Part shown: one piece after another, positions 11,198-25,759 of the stretch
Layout of the letters: the number at the start of each line of letters is the position of its first letter
Numbering within the stretch: the stretch's first letter is position 1
Assembly (NCBI GenBank): GCA_026770705.1
Contig: JANJGN010000013.1
Span: 57,598,001-57,662,000, forward strand
DNA: 64,000 nucleotides
Reading direction: 5' to 3'
Source: Isurus oxyrinchus
Lineage: Eukaryota
The notes under the pieces: generated by a model
Database searches by the model: none
What the model was told of the DNA's origin: nothing
The model's input: the letters and a program-made list of their open reading frames with translations, nothing else
Program-made: the position numbers and the translations under genes

Positions 11198-11590
11198 GAG
11201 AGACAAACAGAGTTTGATGTTTCGAGCCCCTATGACTCTTCATCAGAGATACAGACATGTAGAAATGTGATGAAATTTATACTGTTTAAGGGGATGGAGC
11301 AGGTGAAGCTGGTTAGAAGGCCAGCGATAGGTGGGGGCAGAGGAGGGATTGACAAAGTTATCATGAACAAAAGGGCAAAGGGACTTTTATCCAGCTCCAC
11401 CTGTTCCACCCCCTTAAATAGTATAAATTTCATCACATTTCCACTTATCTGTAGTTCTGAAGAGGGTCATATGGACTCGAAACGTTAACTCTGTGTCCCT
11501 CTCCACAGATGCTCTCAGACCTGCTGAGTTTTTCCAGCAATTTCTGTTTTTGTTTCAAAGTTCCATCATCCACAATATTTTGCTTTTAGC
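11198..11590. mobile_element. Penelope-derived non-autonomous element with inverted arms
   Basis: 11200-11310 is the approximate reverse complement of 11390-11505. Both arms contain the hammerhead-like motif. Confidence 0.75.
11453..11490 (+). ncRNA. Minimal type I hammerhead ribozyme motif (PLE-associated)
   Basis: AGUU-CUGAAGA-GGGUC-AUAUG-GACUC-GAAA-CGUU^AACU: canonical core, 5-bp stem II, 4-bp stem I, palindromic ACGU in place of stem III. Confidence 0.75.
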
Positions 11591-14500
11591 TTTATTACTA
11601 AATCCAAATCCTCTTGCAAGGAAGGTCGTGTGTCCACCCATTTCAGCAGACTGTCTATGTGCTCGTGAAGCCTCACTATCCTCCTCACAGTTCACAATAC
11701 TTACAAGCTTTTTGAAAATGCACACTGCACACCCAAGTCAGGTGATAAATGCAGATGAAGAAAGGCAATCTCCATGAGACTGACTCTTATTTCTAATTAC
11801 TTTCATATATATGTATGTATCTTCTCTTTCATATTCTAGTTCCTCTTTCCTTTCATTGTTTATATCAGTCCTTGATTTCATCCAAGCATCTTCAAACCGT
11901 CTTAACTTTCCCCATTACAATTGAACCACTGTGGCTTTCTTTGTCCCATATACACGTTCACTTTGCAGTTCCCAGATTCTCCTCTCCCCAATGTTCATGC
12001 TTTTCCCCACAAAAATGAATAAAGCTGAGAGAGGCTAATGAATCAATCCAGCCAATTCCTTCATATGAAACAACTGTCGTAGGATCACAACCTCAAACTG
12101 ACTTCTGATGAATTCCAGATCTTCATTAGCCAGAAGTTCATTACTGGTAATAGCTATTCTTTGCCTTAACAAGAAGCTCCGGGCTCTCTTACAGCCTTTC
12201 ATTCACCCCTTGCTTTTCAATGATGGTTTAACTTGAAGTAATACTATATTTGAAATATTCATGCTAGTGTCTTACATGAATGTAATTATTCACCCCTTGA
12301 TAGCATTGAAGTGTCTTTTCTAGTATTGCTCAATCGCTCAGTTTTCAGAAATAAGGAATCAGGATTGTGAGCATTCTCTATTGAGCTTTGATTAGAAGGG
12401 AATTACTAACGATGAAGGCCATTTTAAATAAAAGCAGTGCTGTAAAAACTCAACAGATCTGGCAGCATCTGTGGGAGGAAGAAACAGAAACGTTTCGTGT
12501 CCAATATGATTATTCTTCGGGAGTGAAGGCCATTTTCGGCTGTCTTCATTCTTTCATCCATAAATACTCTACCGTTTCCCCATTGATCTGATCCAATTGG
12601 CTTTTATACGATGCCAGAATTGTTATCGCCACTGTTATGCCTGCAAATCTGTTCTAAGTATTGAGCACACTTTTTGCGAAAGAAACCGCCTTGTTGTTAA
12701 TCCTGAATTTCCCGTGCACTGCTTTCAACCTGCGTTCCCATTGTCTATTCGCAAGTTTGCTAAAGGCATTTTTTTCACATTTATTTAGAAGTTTATAGCG
12801 CATTTATTCTTCGTTAGAGCAATTGAGCAGCTGATCCAATTGTTCTTTCCTTCTACGTTCAGGGGTATCTCCCTGATCAAAAATTTAACCTTGGAGAAGC
12901 AATAATCTCTCTTTCAACTCTGTCGGTGGTGAAGCCATGCATGTTCCAGAAATTATTTGCGCAAATGTCTTTATCCTAACCTTTGTCTTTATTCTCTTGG
13001 TAATAATTTTATCCGGATGTCTCTTGTCACTAATTGCCGAATCAAAGAACTAATGTCTACATATTTATTCCATCAAAACACTTCTTAATAAAAAATATAA
13101 AGAACACTTGAGTAAGCCTCTTTGTTATTTTCGCGGTTGAGGCTCCAACTTTCAGTCCATTAAAAATGACCTGACTTTAAAGAAGAAAATAAAACCAATT
13201 TACAAATGATACCCAGCTGCAATGCAGGATGATATGTGAAGGAGAATTCAGCATTTTTCAGTAGGATGGAGAGTGGGTGATAGAAGAAGTTTAAGGTAAA
13301 ACAGTGTGAGGTCGGACAGATTGGATAAGAAAATAGCAGATCAAAATACAGTCTCAATAGGAATATGCTGCTTCACAAACAATGGATTAGGGGTCCAAGC
13401 AAAGATGTTATTAAAAGCCACCGTGTCCTTAAATGCCACCCAAATGTTAATATAATGCTGATTATTATCCACAATAGATAAAGAATATGAAGATAAGAAA
13501 ATACTATTGCTTTTACAAAAAGTGTTGGTCACATTCCATTTAACTATTGCTTTAAGTTCGGTGGCTTCATATTAATAGCCTTGGAGAAGATTCAGTGATC
13601 ATTCATCAATATAAAGGGTCTTAGCTATAATATGATAAATATAGACCACAGTGAGTGGACACGAGGAAAAAAAAATATCTGATTTAGGTGATTCTAACCA
13701 TGAAAACAATATAGCAGAATTCAGGACAAGATGACTTAACTCTTAGAATTTTAATTAAGTTGACTAAGATGAAACCGTGCAAAATTCACAGTACGAAGGG
13801 TTTGAGGACAAGAAATGTACAAGTCCAAGAAGTCATAGATGCAGAATCAATAATAGTGTATAAAAGGATATAGGTGCTTGCTTGATTTGTAACGTTAAGA
13901 CGAAATTACCCAAGCTAACGAAAGATAGACATAACTCTGTAGAACAGTGCACAGTAGATCGTTTTTGGGAGACCGTTGGTTAGAAAGCTGAAGTCATCAG
14001 CACAAGGAACGACAGCAGTAAAGAAGATCTTGAATTGTATAGCCACTGTTACAGGACACTTTCAGGACCCATTAACCCATTTGGCATACCAAAAAACTAG
14101 ATGGAATTTGGCGTCTCACAATGAGTTATTGTAAGTTTGGTGACTCCAGCCCGCCCTCCAGTGGCGAGACAGATTCCCACGCGAATGCTCCAAATAACAA
14201 GGAAGACCAAATGTCTCGTCACTCGATATCACCAACGGGTTCTGGGGTATTCCTGTTAGGTGGAATGAGTAATATAGATTTGCTGTTATTTTGGGAGATC
14301 AACGTTATACCTGTGCTTGCCTGCCACAGAATTTTCATAATTCACCTATTTTTCGTTAGAGAATTGCTGCAATGTCAATAACTGTACACGTCCTAAAATA
14401 CAAAAGCAAAGCACTGCCGGTGCTGGGAAGCTGAAGTGAAAACAGAAATTGCTGGAAACACTCAGCAGGACTGGCAGCATCTGTGGAGAGAGAAACAGTG

Positions 14501-14599
14501 TCAGTGTTCCCGCTTTACCTAAGAAAACAACACAGGGGTTGTATTCAATATCCCCGCAGGCGTGGCTTCTGGCAAACCTACTGGGCTAAAGACATTAAG

Positions 14600-14840
14600 G
14601 CAATAGATCAGGCCCGATCAGCCCGTAAACTTCCTGACTGCCCAATGTTCATTGTGTATGTACTCCCACCACTCACTGAGGATTTCTTTCACAGGTTGCA
14701 TTCTCACCCTACACGGGATCATTGTCCAGCCGAGGTAATTCACCAAGAAGTGAATGAGGTTGCCTGGTGGCCTGAAATGAATTGTGACATTGAAGTACAT
14801 TTTCAACACTGTTTATTTTGTCTGCAACAGAATCCTTTTT
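14600..14840 (+). mobile_element. Isolated LTR-retroelement integrase zinc-finger (HHCC) fragment
   Basis: LHSHPTRDH..VAWWPEMNCDIEVHFQHCLFCLQQNP. Confidence 0.65.
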
Positions 14841-14899
14841 GTAAACTAATTGTGCCTTTCTCTGATCTGCTTTGCCCCTAACCTAGTATCGTGTAATGT

Positions 14900-15404
14900 G
14901 ACAGGATTAATGAATGACCTCAGAGTAAAGACACCCCTAGGTAGGAGCGACCACAATATGATTGAATTTGCATCCAGTTTGAAAAGGAGAAGAGTCGGTC
15001 TAAGACTAGTATCTTAAACTTAAATAAGGGCAACTATGTGGGCATGAAAGCTGAAATGAAGTGGGAAATTAGGCTAGAGGATACATCAACGGGGAAGCAG
15101 TGGTAGACATTAAGGGGATATTTCAGTGAATTCAGAATAAGTACATTCCTATTATAAAAAAAAATTCTAAAAGGAGGACCCACCATCCGTGTTTAACTAA
15201 AGAAGTTAAGGAACACATCAAACTTAAGGAAAAAACATGCAACTCCTGGCAGGACAGATGATTGGTCAGAACATAAAGAACGGCAGAGAATAACTAAAAA
15301 AATAACGGGGAAAGAAATTGAAGTATGAAAGGAAGTTAGCTAGAAATGTAAAAACGGATAGCAGAGTCTACTCCTGTTCCTATTTCTTATGTTCTTATGT
15401 TCTA
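14900..15404 (+). mobile_element. CR1-clade LINE fragment
   Basis: PLGRSDHNMIEF endonuclease end, LKYERKLARNVKTDS, and a ctcctgttcctatttcttatgttcttatgttct tail. Confidence 0.75.
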
Positions 15405-15624
15405 AGGGACCATAGCTTCATCTCTAAATTGCAGATTACCAGTATTACTTTGTGATTATTGACAAATTCCTTAACAGGATCACGGCATTTACCATGCAGA
15501 ACAAACTTGATACTCACTTGAGCACGTTTGCTATTGAGTGAGGTGACCTGCAAGTAGAATCTACAAATACAGGTTGATAGTACTCAGTGCTCACGTTTCC
15601 CAGGGTAAGTATTTTCACCACTGG

Positions 15625-15780
15625 ACTTAGTTGGTAGCACACTCACCTCTGAATCATAAGGTTCTGGCTCAAATCTCATTCTAGGGCTTGTGCAAAATTC
15701 AAGGCTTCGATTCCAGTGCATTACAGAGGGAGCATTGCGTTGTTTTTGGATGAGACGTTAAACCGAAGTCACAACTGCCT
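15625..15780 (+). mobile_element. tRNA-headed DeuSINE-like element
   Basis: A/B-box-like head (cttagttggtagcac..ggctcaaatc) followed by tccagtgca..gagggagc..ttggatgagacgttaaaccga, which resembles the Deu domain from memory. Confidence 0.6.
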
Positions 15781-16169
15781 CTAACACTAAAGCCCAGGAA
15801 ACAACACATGATTGTGCCTATTTTATAATGGGAACCAATAACATCACGTGGTATACTGCCATGTGCAATATGAAACTATGCTGGTCATAATTGATTTGAC
15901 AATTAACTGTTGCCACAGGGATTGTATGATAATCACTTTTATTGTGTTTAAGTTGTGCTTAAACCGGGATTGGTTTGGCTCCATAAGTGCACTGCCAAAA
16001 GTTATTAGGAAGCAGCAAGAGAGTATTATGTTTCAGCACACAGAGAAGGTCCATTATGGATTGGTTGAAAGGTAGGATTGCTGCTGGTGGCACATGGAAC
16101 AGATTACATTTAGAAAATCAATACAGTGATCAAGGTCAATTAACTGGTAGGTAGGAAGGGTCAGGTGGC

Positions 16170-19100
16170 TAATACAAAATAGACTTGTAGCTAACATAAA
16201 AAGGAATCACAAAGTCTTCTATTGGCACATAAATAGTGAAAAGGTGGTAAAAGCAGGAGTAGGTACCAAAAGGGGGATTTATGCATGAAGGCAGGGGGCA
16301 TGACTGAGATATTAAATGAGTACTTTGCATCTGTTTTTACCAAGGAAGAAGATGCTATCTAGGTCATGCTGAAAGAGGAGGTAATTCAGAAATTTGGAGG
16401 GTTAAAAGTTGATAAAGAGGAGGTGTTGGATGGATTGTCTGTATTTAAAGTTGATAAGTCACTAGGACCGGATGAGATGCATCTGAGGATACTGAAGGAA
16501 GTGAGAGTGGAAGTTGTGGAGGCACTGGCCATAATTTTCAAGAATTCCTTAGACTCAGGGGTGGTGTCAGAGGACTGGAGAGTTACAAATGCTACACCAT
16601 TGTTCAAAAAAAGGGTACAAAGACAAGCCCAGCAGTTAAGTTTAATAGCCAGTTTAACTTTTTGGCGAAGTTTCTAGAAACAATATTTCATGATAGAATT
16701 AATAGTCACTTGGGCAAATGCGGGTTAATTAAGGAAAACCAGCACAGATTTCTTAAGGGAAAATTGTGTTTAACTAATTTTCTGGAGTTCTTTTGAAGAG
16801 GTACAGCACACGGAGAGCAGACCTGCATGAGGAGGGCAGTGGCAGCGGGCGATAAAAACCAGCAGCAGAGAGCCCCTTCAATCTGTTTCTACCTGTCAGA
16901 GCCAAAGTGTAATGTCAAAGGAAAACAGGTAGGTGATTGGTGGGTATCTCTTCTGTGTCTCTTTTGATTGGCCATGTGTTTTAAATCAGCAGAGGTTATT
17001 ACAGCTGAACAGCACAGTTAAGAAATTCACTTTTAAAATATTTAACATCCAAATTAATTAATTAAATAGAATAGAGATGGCTGGGCAGGTGATGTGATGC
17101 AGCTGTAGTATGTGGGAGCTGGTGCAATCCACGGTGACCACATCTGCAACAAGTGTTGGCTGCTTGAGGAACTTCAGCTCAGAGTTGACGAGCTGGAGTC
17201 TGAGCTGCGGATATGGCAACATGACAGGGGGTGGAGGGGAGTTACTTGGACACTGCGTTTCAGGAGACAGTCACACCACTTAGATTAATTACATCAAATT
17301 TGGACCATGGTCAAGGACAGGAGGATTAGACTGCAACTGAGGCAGGTAAGGGGGTCGAGAATTTAGCTTTGGAGGAGCCTTAGCCAGTGCCCTTGTCCAA
17401 TAGGTATGAGGTTCCTGCTCCCAGTGTGGACGAGGGCACAGACTGCAGGGAGGATGAGTGAACTGACCAGAGCACCGTGGTACAGAGTGCAATTCAAGTG
17501 GGAGGGAAATGGGAAATATATTAGTGATAGCAGGTAGTATAGTTAGGGGAATAGATACTGTTCTCTATAGTAAAGACAGAGAGTCCCAGAGGCTACCTGG
17601 TGCCAAGGTTAAGGACATCTCTTCTGAGTTGGAGAGGAACTTGCAGTGGGAGGGGAAGCATACAGTTGTCGTGGTCCACAGAACTAGGCAGAACTAGGAA
17701 AGAGGTCCTGCTGAGGGACTACAAGCAGCTTGGGGCTAAATTAAAAAGCAGAGCCACAAAGGTAATAATCTCCAGATCACTATCTGAACCATGTGCAAAT
17801 TCGCATAGGGTAAATAAGATTAGAGAGATAACTGCATGGCTCAAAGATCGGTGTGGGAGAAATGGGTTCCAGTTCATGGGGCACTGGTACCAGTATTGGG
17901 GAAGGAGAGAGCTGTTCCATTGGGATGGGCTTCAACTGAACTATGCTGGGGCCAGGGTCCGGGTGAATTGTATAACTAGAGTTGTAGATAGGGCTTTAAA
18001 CTAATTAGCAGGGGTGACAATTCAATGGAAGGGAAGTTTAAAAAATCAAAAAGAAATGAGAGATCAGAGGTGCAGGGTAGTGAAGAGGTGAACAATAACC
18101 GAAGTGTGTCAGAATAGGATAGAAAATATAAGCAAAGAGTGCAGCAGAAATTAGAACTAGAATGGGTAATAATGGTAAAAAGTCAAAGCTTAAGGCTCTT
18201 TACCTGAATGCATGCATCATTTATAACAAGATAGGTGAGATGATGGCACAAATAAAAATAAATTAATATGACTTCATAACTATAACAGAGATGTGGTTGC
18301 AGGCTGACCAAGATTGGAAACTAAATATTCAATACAATTCGGCATTCTGAAAAAATAGGCAAAAAGAAAAAGGAGGTGGGGTAGCTTGGTTAATAAAGGA
18401 AGGTGATTGAGAGAGACTCCAAAAAAGTGCAGCACAGAGGGATCCGGGTGTTCTTGTGCATGAAACACATAAAGTTAGCACACAGGTGCAGCAAGTAATT
18501 AGGAAGGCAAATAGAATTTTGGCCTGTATTGTTAGGGGATTGGATTTTAAAAGTAGGGAAGTCTTGTTATAACTGTGCAGGGTGTTGGTGAGGCTGCACC
18601 TGGTGTACTGTGTACAGTTTTGGTTCCCATAATTAAGAAAGAATATTGTGGCATTGGCGGCAGTTCAAAAGAGATTCACTAGGCTGATTCCTGGGATGAA
18701 GGGGTTGACTTATCAAAAACAGCTAAACAGGTTAGGCCTTTATTCATTAGAGTGTAGAAGGATGAAGGGTGATATTATTGAAATGTACAATATTCTGAGG
18801 AGGCTTGACAGGGTAGATGTTAAGAAGTGGGGGAATCTTGAACTAGGGGACATGGTTACAAAATAAGGGGACACTCAGTTAAAACTGGGATGCAAAGGAA
18901 TTTCTTCTCCCAGAGGGTTGTGAAAGTCTGGAATTCTCTACCCCAGAGAGTTGTGGAGGCTAGATCACTGGAAGTATTTAAAAAGAAGGTAGATAGATTT
19001 TTGAAATATTGGGGAGTTGAGGCTATGAACAGCTGGAACAAAAGAGTTGAGGCCTGGGGCAGATCAGCCATGATCTTATTGAATGGCGGGGCAGGCTTGA

Positions 19101-20521
19101 AGGGGAATGGCCGACTCCTGCTCCTATTTCTTATGTTCTTATGTAATGGAGAGGGTTGATGAGTGTAATACACTTGATATGGACATCTGAAAGTTATTTT
19201 TTGGTGTGCTGCACAACAGACTTGTGAGCAAAGTTATAGCTCATGGAATAAAAAAAAGGATAAGAACATGGATACAAAATTGGCTGAGCAATAGGAAACA
19301 AAGAGTAGTGGTTAATAGATGTGTTTGAACTGGAGAAAAATTTGTAGTAGTATTCCCCAAGGGTTGGCGTTGGGCACCTTGTTATTCCTAATTTATATTA
19401 AGAAGCTAAAACTCGGTGTACAGGGCACAAGTTCAACATTTGTGGATGATATGAAACTTGGAAACATTGTAAACTTTGAGGAGGATAGTGCAGAACTTCA
19501 AAAGGTCATAGGCAAGTTGGTAGAATGGGCAAACAAGTGGAAGATGAATTTTAATGCAGAGAAGTGTGAAATGATTCATTTTAGTAGGAAGAACATGAAG
19601 GGCAATATAAAGTAAAAAGATACAACAGAAGCAGAGACTCCTGGTGTATATGTGCATAAATTATTAAAGGTGGCAGGACATGAGCACATGGTTAATAAAG
19701 CATAAGTATCCTACATTTAATTAGTAGGAGCATAGAATACAAGAGCAAGGAGATTATGTTAAACAAAAACAGAAAATGCAGGAAAACCTCAGCAGGTTTA
19801 ACAGCATCTGTGGCGAGAGAAACACGGTTACTGTTTCAAGTCCATATGACTCTGAAAAGGAGTCATGCAGGCTTGAAACGTTAACTCTGTTTCTCTCTCC
19901 ACAGATACTAATAGATCTGCTGAGTTTTTCCAGCATTCTCTGTTTTTGTTTCAGATTTCCTGCATCCGCAGTATTTTGCATTTATCTTAGAGCTTATGTA
20001 AAACTTGCATAAAATACTGGTCTATTGCATCCAGTTCTGGGCACCACACTTTAGAAAGGATGTAAAGGCAATGGACAGAGTGCAGAAAAGATTCACGAGA
20101 ATAGTTCCAGGGTTGGCAGAGTTCAATTACATGGATAGATTGTAGAAATTGAACTTGTTTTCCTTGTAGAGAAGGTTGAGAAGAGATTTGATGGAGGCAT
20201 TCAAAATCGTGAGGGGTCTGGACAGAGGAAATAGGGAAAAATTGTTCCCACTTGTGGTAGGATCGTGAATGAGAGAATACAGATTTAAGGTGAGTGGCAA
20301 AAGAAACAATGGAGACATGAGGAGAACCTTTTTCACGCGGCAAGTGGTTTGGATCTGGAATAAACTACCTGAGACTGTGGTGGAGGCAGGTTCAATCGAG
20401 GCCTTAAAAAGGAAATTGGAGTTTTAGCTGAAAAGCAAAAATATGCAGGGTTACGGGGAGAAGGCAGGGGAATGGCAGTAGGTGAATTACTCATTCGGAG
20501 AGTCGCAGGCACATTGATAGG
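16170..20521 (+). mobile_element. Nest of decayed CR1-clade LINEs, including a 5'UTR/ORF1 (zinc finger + esterase) at about 16805-18004
   Basis: ORF2 motifs at 16366-16800, 18180-19140 and 19170-20520. ORF1-like CxxC and GSIVRG..LPGAKVKD..FHWDGLQLNYAG. A PLE-derived palindrome is inserted at about 19760-19985. Confidence 0.85.
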
Positions 20522-23500
20522 CGTGGTAATTGTTGCTGTAAGGCCAGCCTTACTGGGTAAGGGTCATATGGTCAGAACAGCCAATCAACACCAAGCGCAA
20601 GGAATCTTATGAGGGGTGGAGTTTTCCTAGTCTAGGGAATGTATTGTAGCCTTGCTAGAGGCAGGCAGCTAATCCAGCAGCTCTGTAAATAAAGTTCGGT
20701 GTTCAACTAAAGAAGCCTTTCGGTGCTACATCTCTACATCTGACAATGAGGATAAATGATCTTGGCACTACATCTCACCCTACAACGATGAGTATCTCAT
20801 TTTAAAGAAAGAAAGGAAAAAAATCTCACTTTGGGAAGATTGACTTTGGGAAAGGATTCATTACACTGAGCACCTGTTGTCCAGGGACTGCAGCTGAATT
20901 GTTGACACAGGCAAAATCCTGAAGTAACCTGAGTCCAGCTGCTGGCCTGAGTAACTTTTGAAACCTGACTCCAGTCATTGGGTCCAAACTGGCTGGAACC
21001 AGTTCTGAAATAGCTAACTGTCTTGAAGACAAAGGAAATGTGATGAGTTCTTATTTAGAAAAGGGGGAACGAGGTGATCCTGCAAGTCTTGGAACAGAGC
21101 CAATGGAGAAGATGCCACAGATCAGGCAAACAGACCTAAACCAATGGGAAGAGAGACAGCACAGCTTGAAGAGATACAATTCAGTGTAATACTGAGAGGA
21201 TTTTGGGTGTGGGGCAGCGGGACTCCGGAGACCAACCATTGCAGAAGCAGAAGAACCTACATCAGCAATGTAGAGATGCAAGAGAGAGAGAACAGAACGC
21301 CTGGCCAGTGTCAGCTCTCCTTTTCTAGCTTTTATATTTTGTGACCACTCAGGGAGTGTCAGAGAAACCTAGTGGGTGTGCGTTTAGATCCTAGTTTTGG
21401 GTATAAAGCTGTATAACCTGCTGTAAACTGCATGTCTATATTTAACCAGATGTATAAGCTATATATAGATGATCTAACAACGTGAATAACATGAATTTAG
21501 TGTCAAGCGAGAATTGACTCTTCTCCTCTGTGTACTAAGCCAATAACCGTTACCGATGAACCTCCGGCAACATGCCTAAGGCTTTATTTACAGGCCAATG
21601 AAATAGCAGAGGAGACAAAGCACAAAGCAATTCTCACGTGCACCTGTGGGAATCAAACATACAACCTCATTCATTGTCCCACAGCCCAAAGTGCACACAA
21701 CTCCAAATCATTCAGTGAGTTCATGAATTTAGTGAAGGGCTGTTTTCAGCCCAAACCATCAGTCATTCTGCAAAGGTTAAAATTTAATATGAAAGGGTGG
21801 GGGTGGGGGGGGGGGGGGGGCGGGTGGTGGTTTGGCAGGTGAACTGATTGTGCCTTATATTGCTAAGTTGAATCAATTGGCAGAGTATTGAGATTTCAGA
21901 GCAACCTTGAATGACATACTACAGTATCAGTTGTGAGGTTGCAATGGCACCATTCAGTGTCAATTGCTTGCAGAAATCAATGTAAATTTTAAAATAACAA
22001 TAGAGATAGCAGTGGCCATAGAAATCGCAGAAAAAGATTCACAGGAGCTACAGAGCTTGCAAAATGGTGCCATTTACCAGTTAGGGCAGAAACCTGCAGC
22101 CAGGCATGATGCCAAAACTACAGATGCAGCCGTGAAATAGGAATCATTCCCGATTGACTAAAAATAAAAAAAAAACAGAGACAATCAGGCAGTGTTCCTG
22201 AAGTTGAAATGTTACCAATGTGGGGGTAACCATGCACCTGAAGCTAATAGATTTAAGGAGGCCAACTGCTATTACCATTGCAAAAAAGGACATTTGATAA
22301 TGCAGTGCGGAGCTATGTCCAGACTGCCAAGTAACCAGCCAGCAATGATGTTAGAAGTACATAACGTGAAAGAACCTAAAATAACTGATTCTGACATTCA
22401 CTCTATTTTTAACCTTAAATGAAGGCAGACCCTAATACTGTCACACTCCATGTAAATGGAAAACCTCTAGTTATGGAGGTGGATACAGGGGCATCAGCCA
22501 CAGTGATGGGCAAGTGCATATTTCAGAACCTGAGAGAATGTACCCAACCCTTAAGCCTGGAGAGAACTCCTGCCCAGTTGTGACAGGGGATAGACCAAGC
22601 CTTCTGGGCCATTATTGGCTGAAAGAACTCAAGTTAAATTGGTCCAAGATTTTTCAAGTGCAGGCAGGAGGACTAATTGAATTGCTAAAAAGAAGATACA
22701 ACGTCTTTTGTAACAAATTAGAAAAACCAAAGGCTTGGAAGCCAAGATTTATGGTGATCCAAAGGCAACTCCTTGATTTATAAAGGCAAGGCCGGTACTA
22801 TATGCCTTAAGAGAAAAAGTGGATACTGAGTTAACCAGGTTGGAGGAACCAGGGCATCATACAGCCGGTTCCATTTGGGCAGGACATGTGATCCCCATGC
22901 TGAAACTGGTAATGACCATTCACATTTGCAGCGATTATATGTTAACAGTTAATCGGGCTGCCAAGTTGAATAATATCCAATTTCAAGAATTGGAGACTTG
23001 GACACAAAGCTGGCAGGAGGTCAATCCTACACTATGTTGGATATGAGCCACGCATACCAGCAACATGAGTTAGATTACACTTCCTGTGGGTGTGTCGCAA
23101 TAACCACACATAAAGACCTATTCAAGTGTATGTGCCTACCTTTTGGCTTGTTTTTGGCATGTGCAATATTTCAAAGGATGATGGAGAGCTTGATTGGGAC
23201 TACCATGTGTTGTTTTTATACCTTTATGAAGTCCTCATAATTGGATCAACAGAGGCTGAACATTTTGTAAATTTAGAAGAGGTATTAAAAGATTTCTGGA
23301 AGCTGGAGTCCACCTGAAAAGGGGAAAATGCACTTTCCAAGCCACCAAGGTTACTTATCTGGGGCACTCTATAGATGCACAAGGATTATACGCCATGGAA
23401 AAAAATGTTAAGATGATAAAGGTGGTGCCTTTCTCCACAAATATCACCGAACTTAAATCATTTTAGGGATGCTAAACTACTACAGGTGCCTTTTACCCAA

Positions 23501-25759
23501 ATTATCGACTGTTCATATTGCTGAAGAAACACCATCGTTGAGGACCACAGGAGGCAGCCTTCAACAAAGTAAAACAACTGCTGCATTCCATAACCTTGTT
23601 AGTGCACTTTGACCCATTTGAGAATGGCTATTGACCTGCGATGCCTCTCCATATGGCATCAGTGCAGTACTGTCCCATGAACTGGACGACAGCTCTGAGA
23701 GGCCAATAGATTACTTTTCAAGAACCCTCTCAGTGGCTGAAAAAAGTTTTTTGCAGATCAGGGAGGAAGGACTGCCAATAGTCTATGGGGTGAAAAAATT
23801 CCACCAGTACTTACATGGCAGGCACTTTACTATCGTCTCTGATCATAAACTGTTTTTGGCCTTTTCAAAGAAGACAAGGCTGCCTTTCTCAAAGATAGCC
23901 TCGTCAAGAATTCATTGGGCATTAATTCTGTCTGCCTATGAATACACCTTCAAGCACCAACCTGGGATACACATAATGAACACAGACACTCTTAGCCACC
24001 TACCCTTGAAAGAAAGCATCTTGTTTACTCCTGTACCCCATGGAATCTCCTTGCATTGAATTTTTTTAGACACTTCACTCATCTGCATGGAGCAGTTCAG
24101 GAACTGGACCAATGGAGATCAGCTTCTGCCAAAGTGAGAGACCAATACTTACAGGATGGTTAAATAATCCAGTCTCTAAGGAAATGAAACCATATTTTAC
24201 CCAAAAATATGAATTGAGTTGTCAGGATGGTATCACACTCTGGGGAGAAGAAATTGTTGTTCCTGTACCAGGCAATGAACTGCTCCTGGCTGAATTACAC
24301 AGCACTTATCCTGGCATTTCTAAAATGAAAATGTTCACCAGAAGTTACATGTGATGGCCTGGTATAGTTGCAGGTTTCGAGAAGCTAGTCAAGCACTGTC
24401 AACTGTGTTAACTGCAGCTAATGTTGCCAGCCGCAGCCCCATTACACCCCTGGAAATGGCCTGACTGATCATGGATGCAGATCCATATGGACCACATGGT
24501 CCATGCCTAGGTACAATGTTTTAGCACATAATCGATGCACACTCAAAATGGATGGGGATTTTTGAGGTGAAATCACTTACATCGAAGGCTACCATTGAAA
24601 GGTTATGCCAATGCTTTCCGACTCTCAGATTGCCCAAAGTCATTGTATCAGACAATGGAGCTATATTTAAAAGTGCTGAATTTCAGAACTTCACCAATCT
24701 AAACAGCATTAAACACATCCGAACTGCACCTTACCACCCAGCACCAAACAGAGTAGCTGAGAGCGCCATCCAATTTAGTCAGGACTAAAAAATTGTTGGG
24801 AGGAATCTTGGAAACCAAAATCTCATGCTTCCTTCTGAGCCACTGCAGGACTCCACATTCAACAACGGGAAATCCACCAGCAGAACTGCTTATGCAATGT
24901 CATCTCAGAATGAGACTGAACCTTGTATTTCCAAATTTGCCAAGGAGAGTAGAGAAGAACCAAGGTAATCAGAAAACAAGCCACAATTTGCATAGTAGAG
25001 CTGAGATTTATGTTAGATGAAGCTGTATATTTAAGAAACTTTGGTAGTGGTGCAATTGGATCCCAGGAATTATTGTCTGTGAGATTGGACCCCTTTCATA
25101 CCAAGTATTGTTCGTAAACACATGGATCAGCTGAGGAGCAGGGGGACTCTTCCACAGTCAGTATTGCCACCAAGGAATGTTATTGAACCGGTAAGCAACA
25201 AAGTACCTGCTCGATCTGTTATAGACAAAACTGGTGTCTCCATTTGATCAAATAACAATGAACTGCCTGTGCCAAAAAAGTTACTCATTCACACAGTTCC
25301 TGTTGGTTTCGATCCTGTCAGAGAGCCTCAGGCTGTAGAATTATGCTGCTCTACCTAGAACAGAAAACCCCCTCAACGACTTGATTTGAAATTACTGGAC
25401 CTATGTGCATAAGTATATAATCTGAATTCATGACAATGTGCCAATGTGATTATTTCTAAATTTTGGATACTGTTTTCTATTCACCTGTATAAGGTAATAT
25501 TATTAATAAGGAATGTAAAACAAGGAATTAAAGAGGGAGGAATGTGGTGATTGCTGCTTTAAGGCCAGCCTTAGTGAGTAAGGGTCAGGTGGTCAAAACA
25601 ACCAATCAACACCAAGTATGGGGAATCTTAGAGGGGCTGAGGTTTTCCAAGTTCCAAGAATGTGTTGGAGACTTGCTAGAGACATGCAGCTAATCCAGAA
25701 GCCCTGTAAATAAAGTTCAGTGTTCAACTAAAGAAACTTCTCGGCAGTACAGCTCTGCA
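20522..25759 (+). mobile_element. Ty3/Gypsy LTR retrotransposon, near full length, decayed
   Basis: LTRs 20522-20738 and 25543-25759; PPT aaagagggaggaa 25530-25542. Gag zinc knuckles (CYQCGGNH, CYYHCKKGH), protease MEVDTGAS, RT, RNase H (TCDASPYG) and integrase (IVSDNG, TAPYHP) in PR-RT-RH-IN order. Many stops and frameshifts. Confidence 0.93.
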
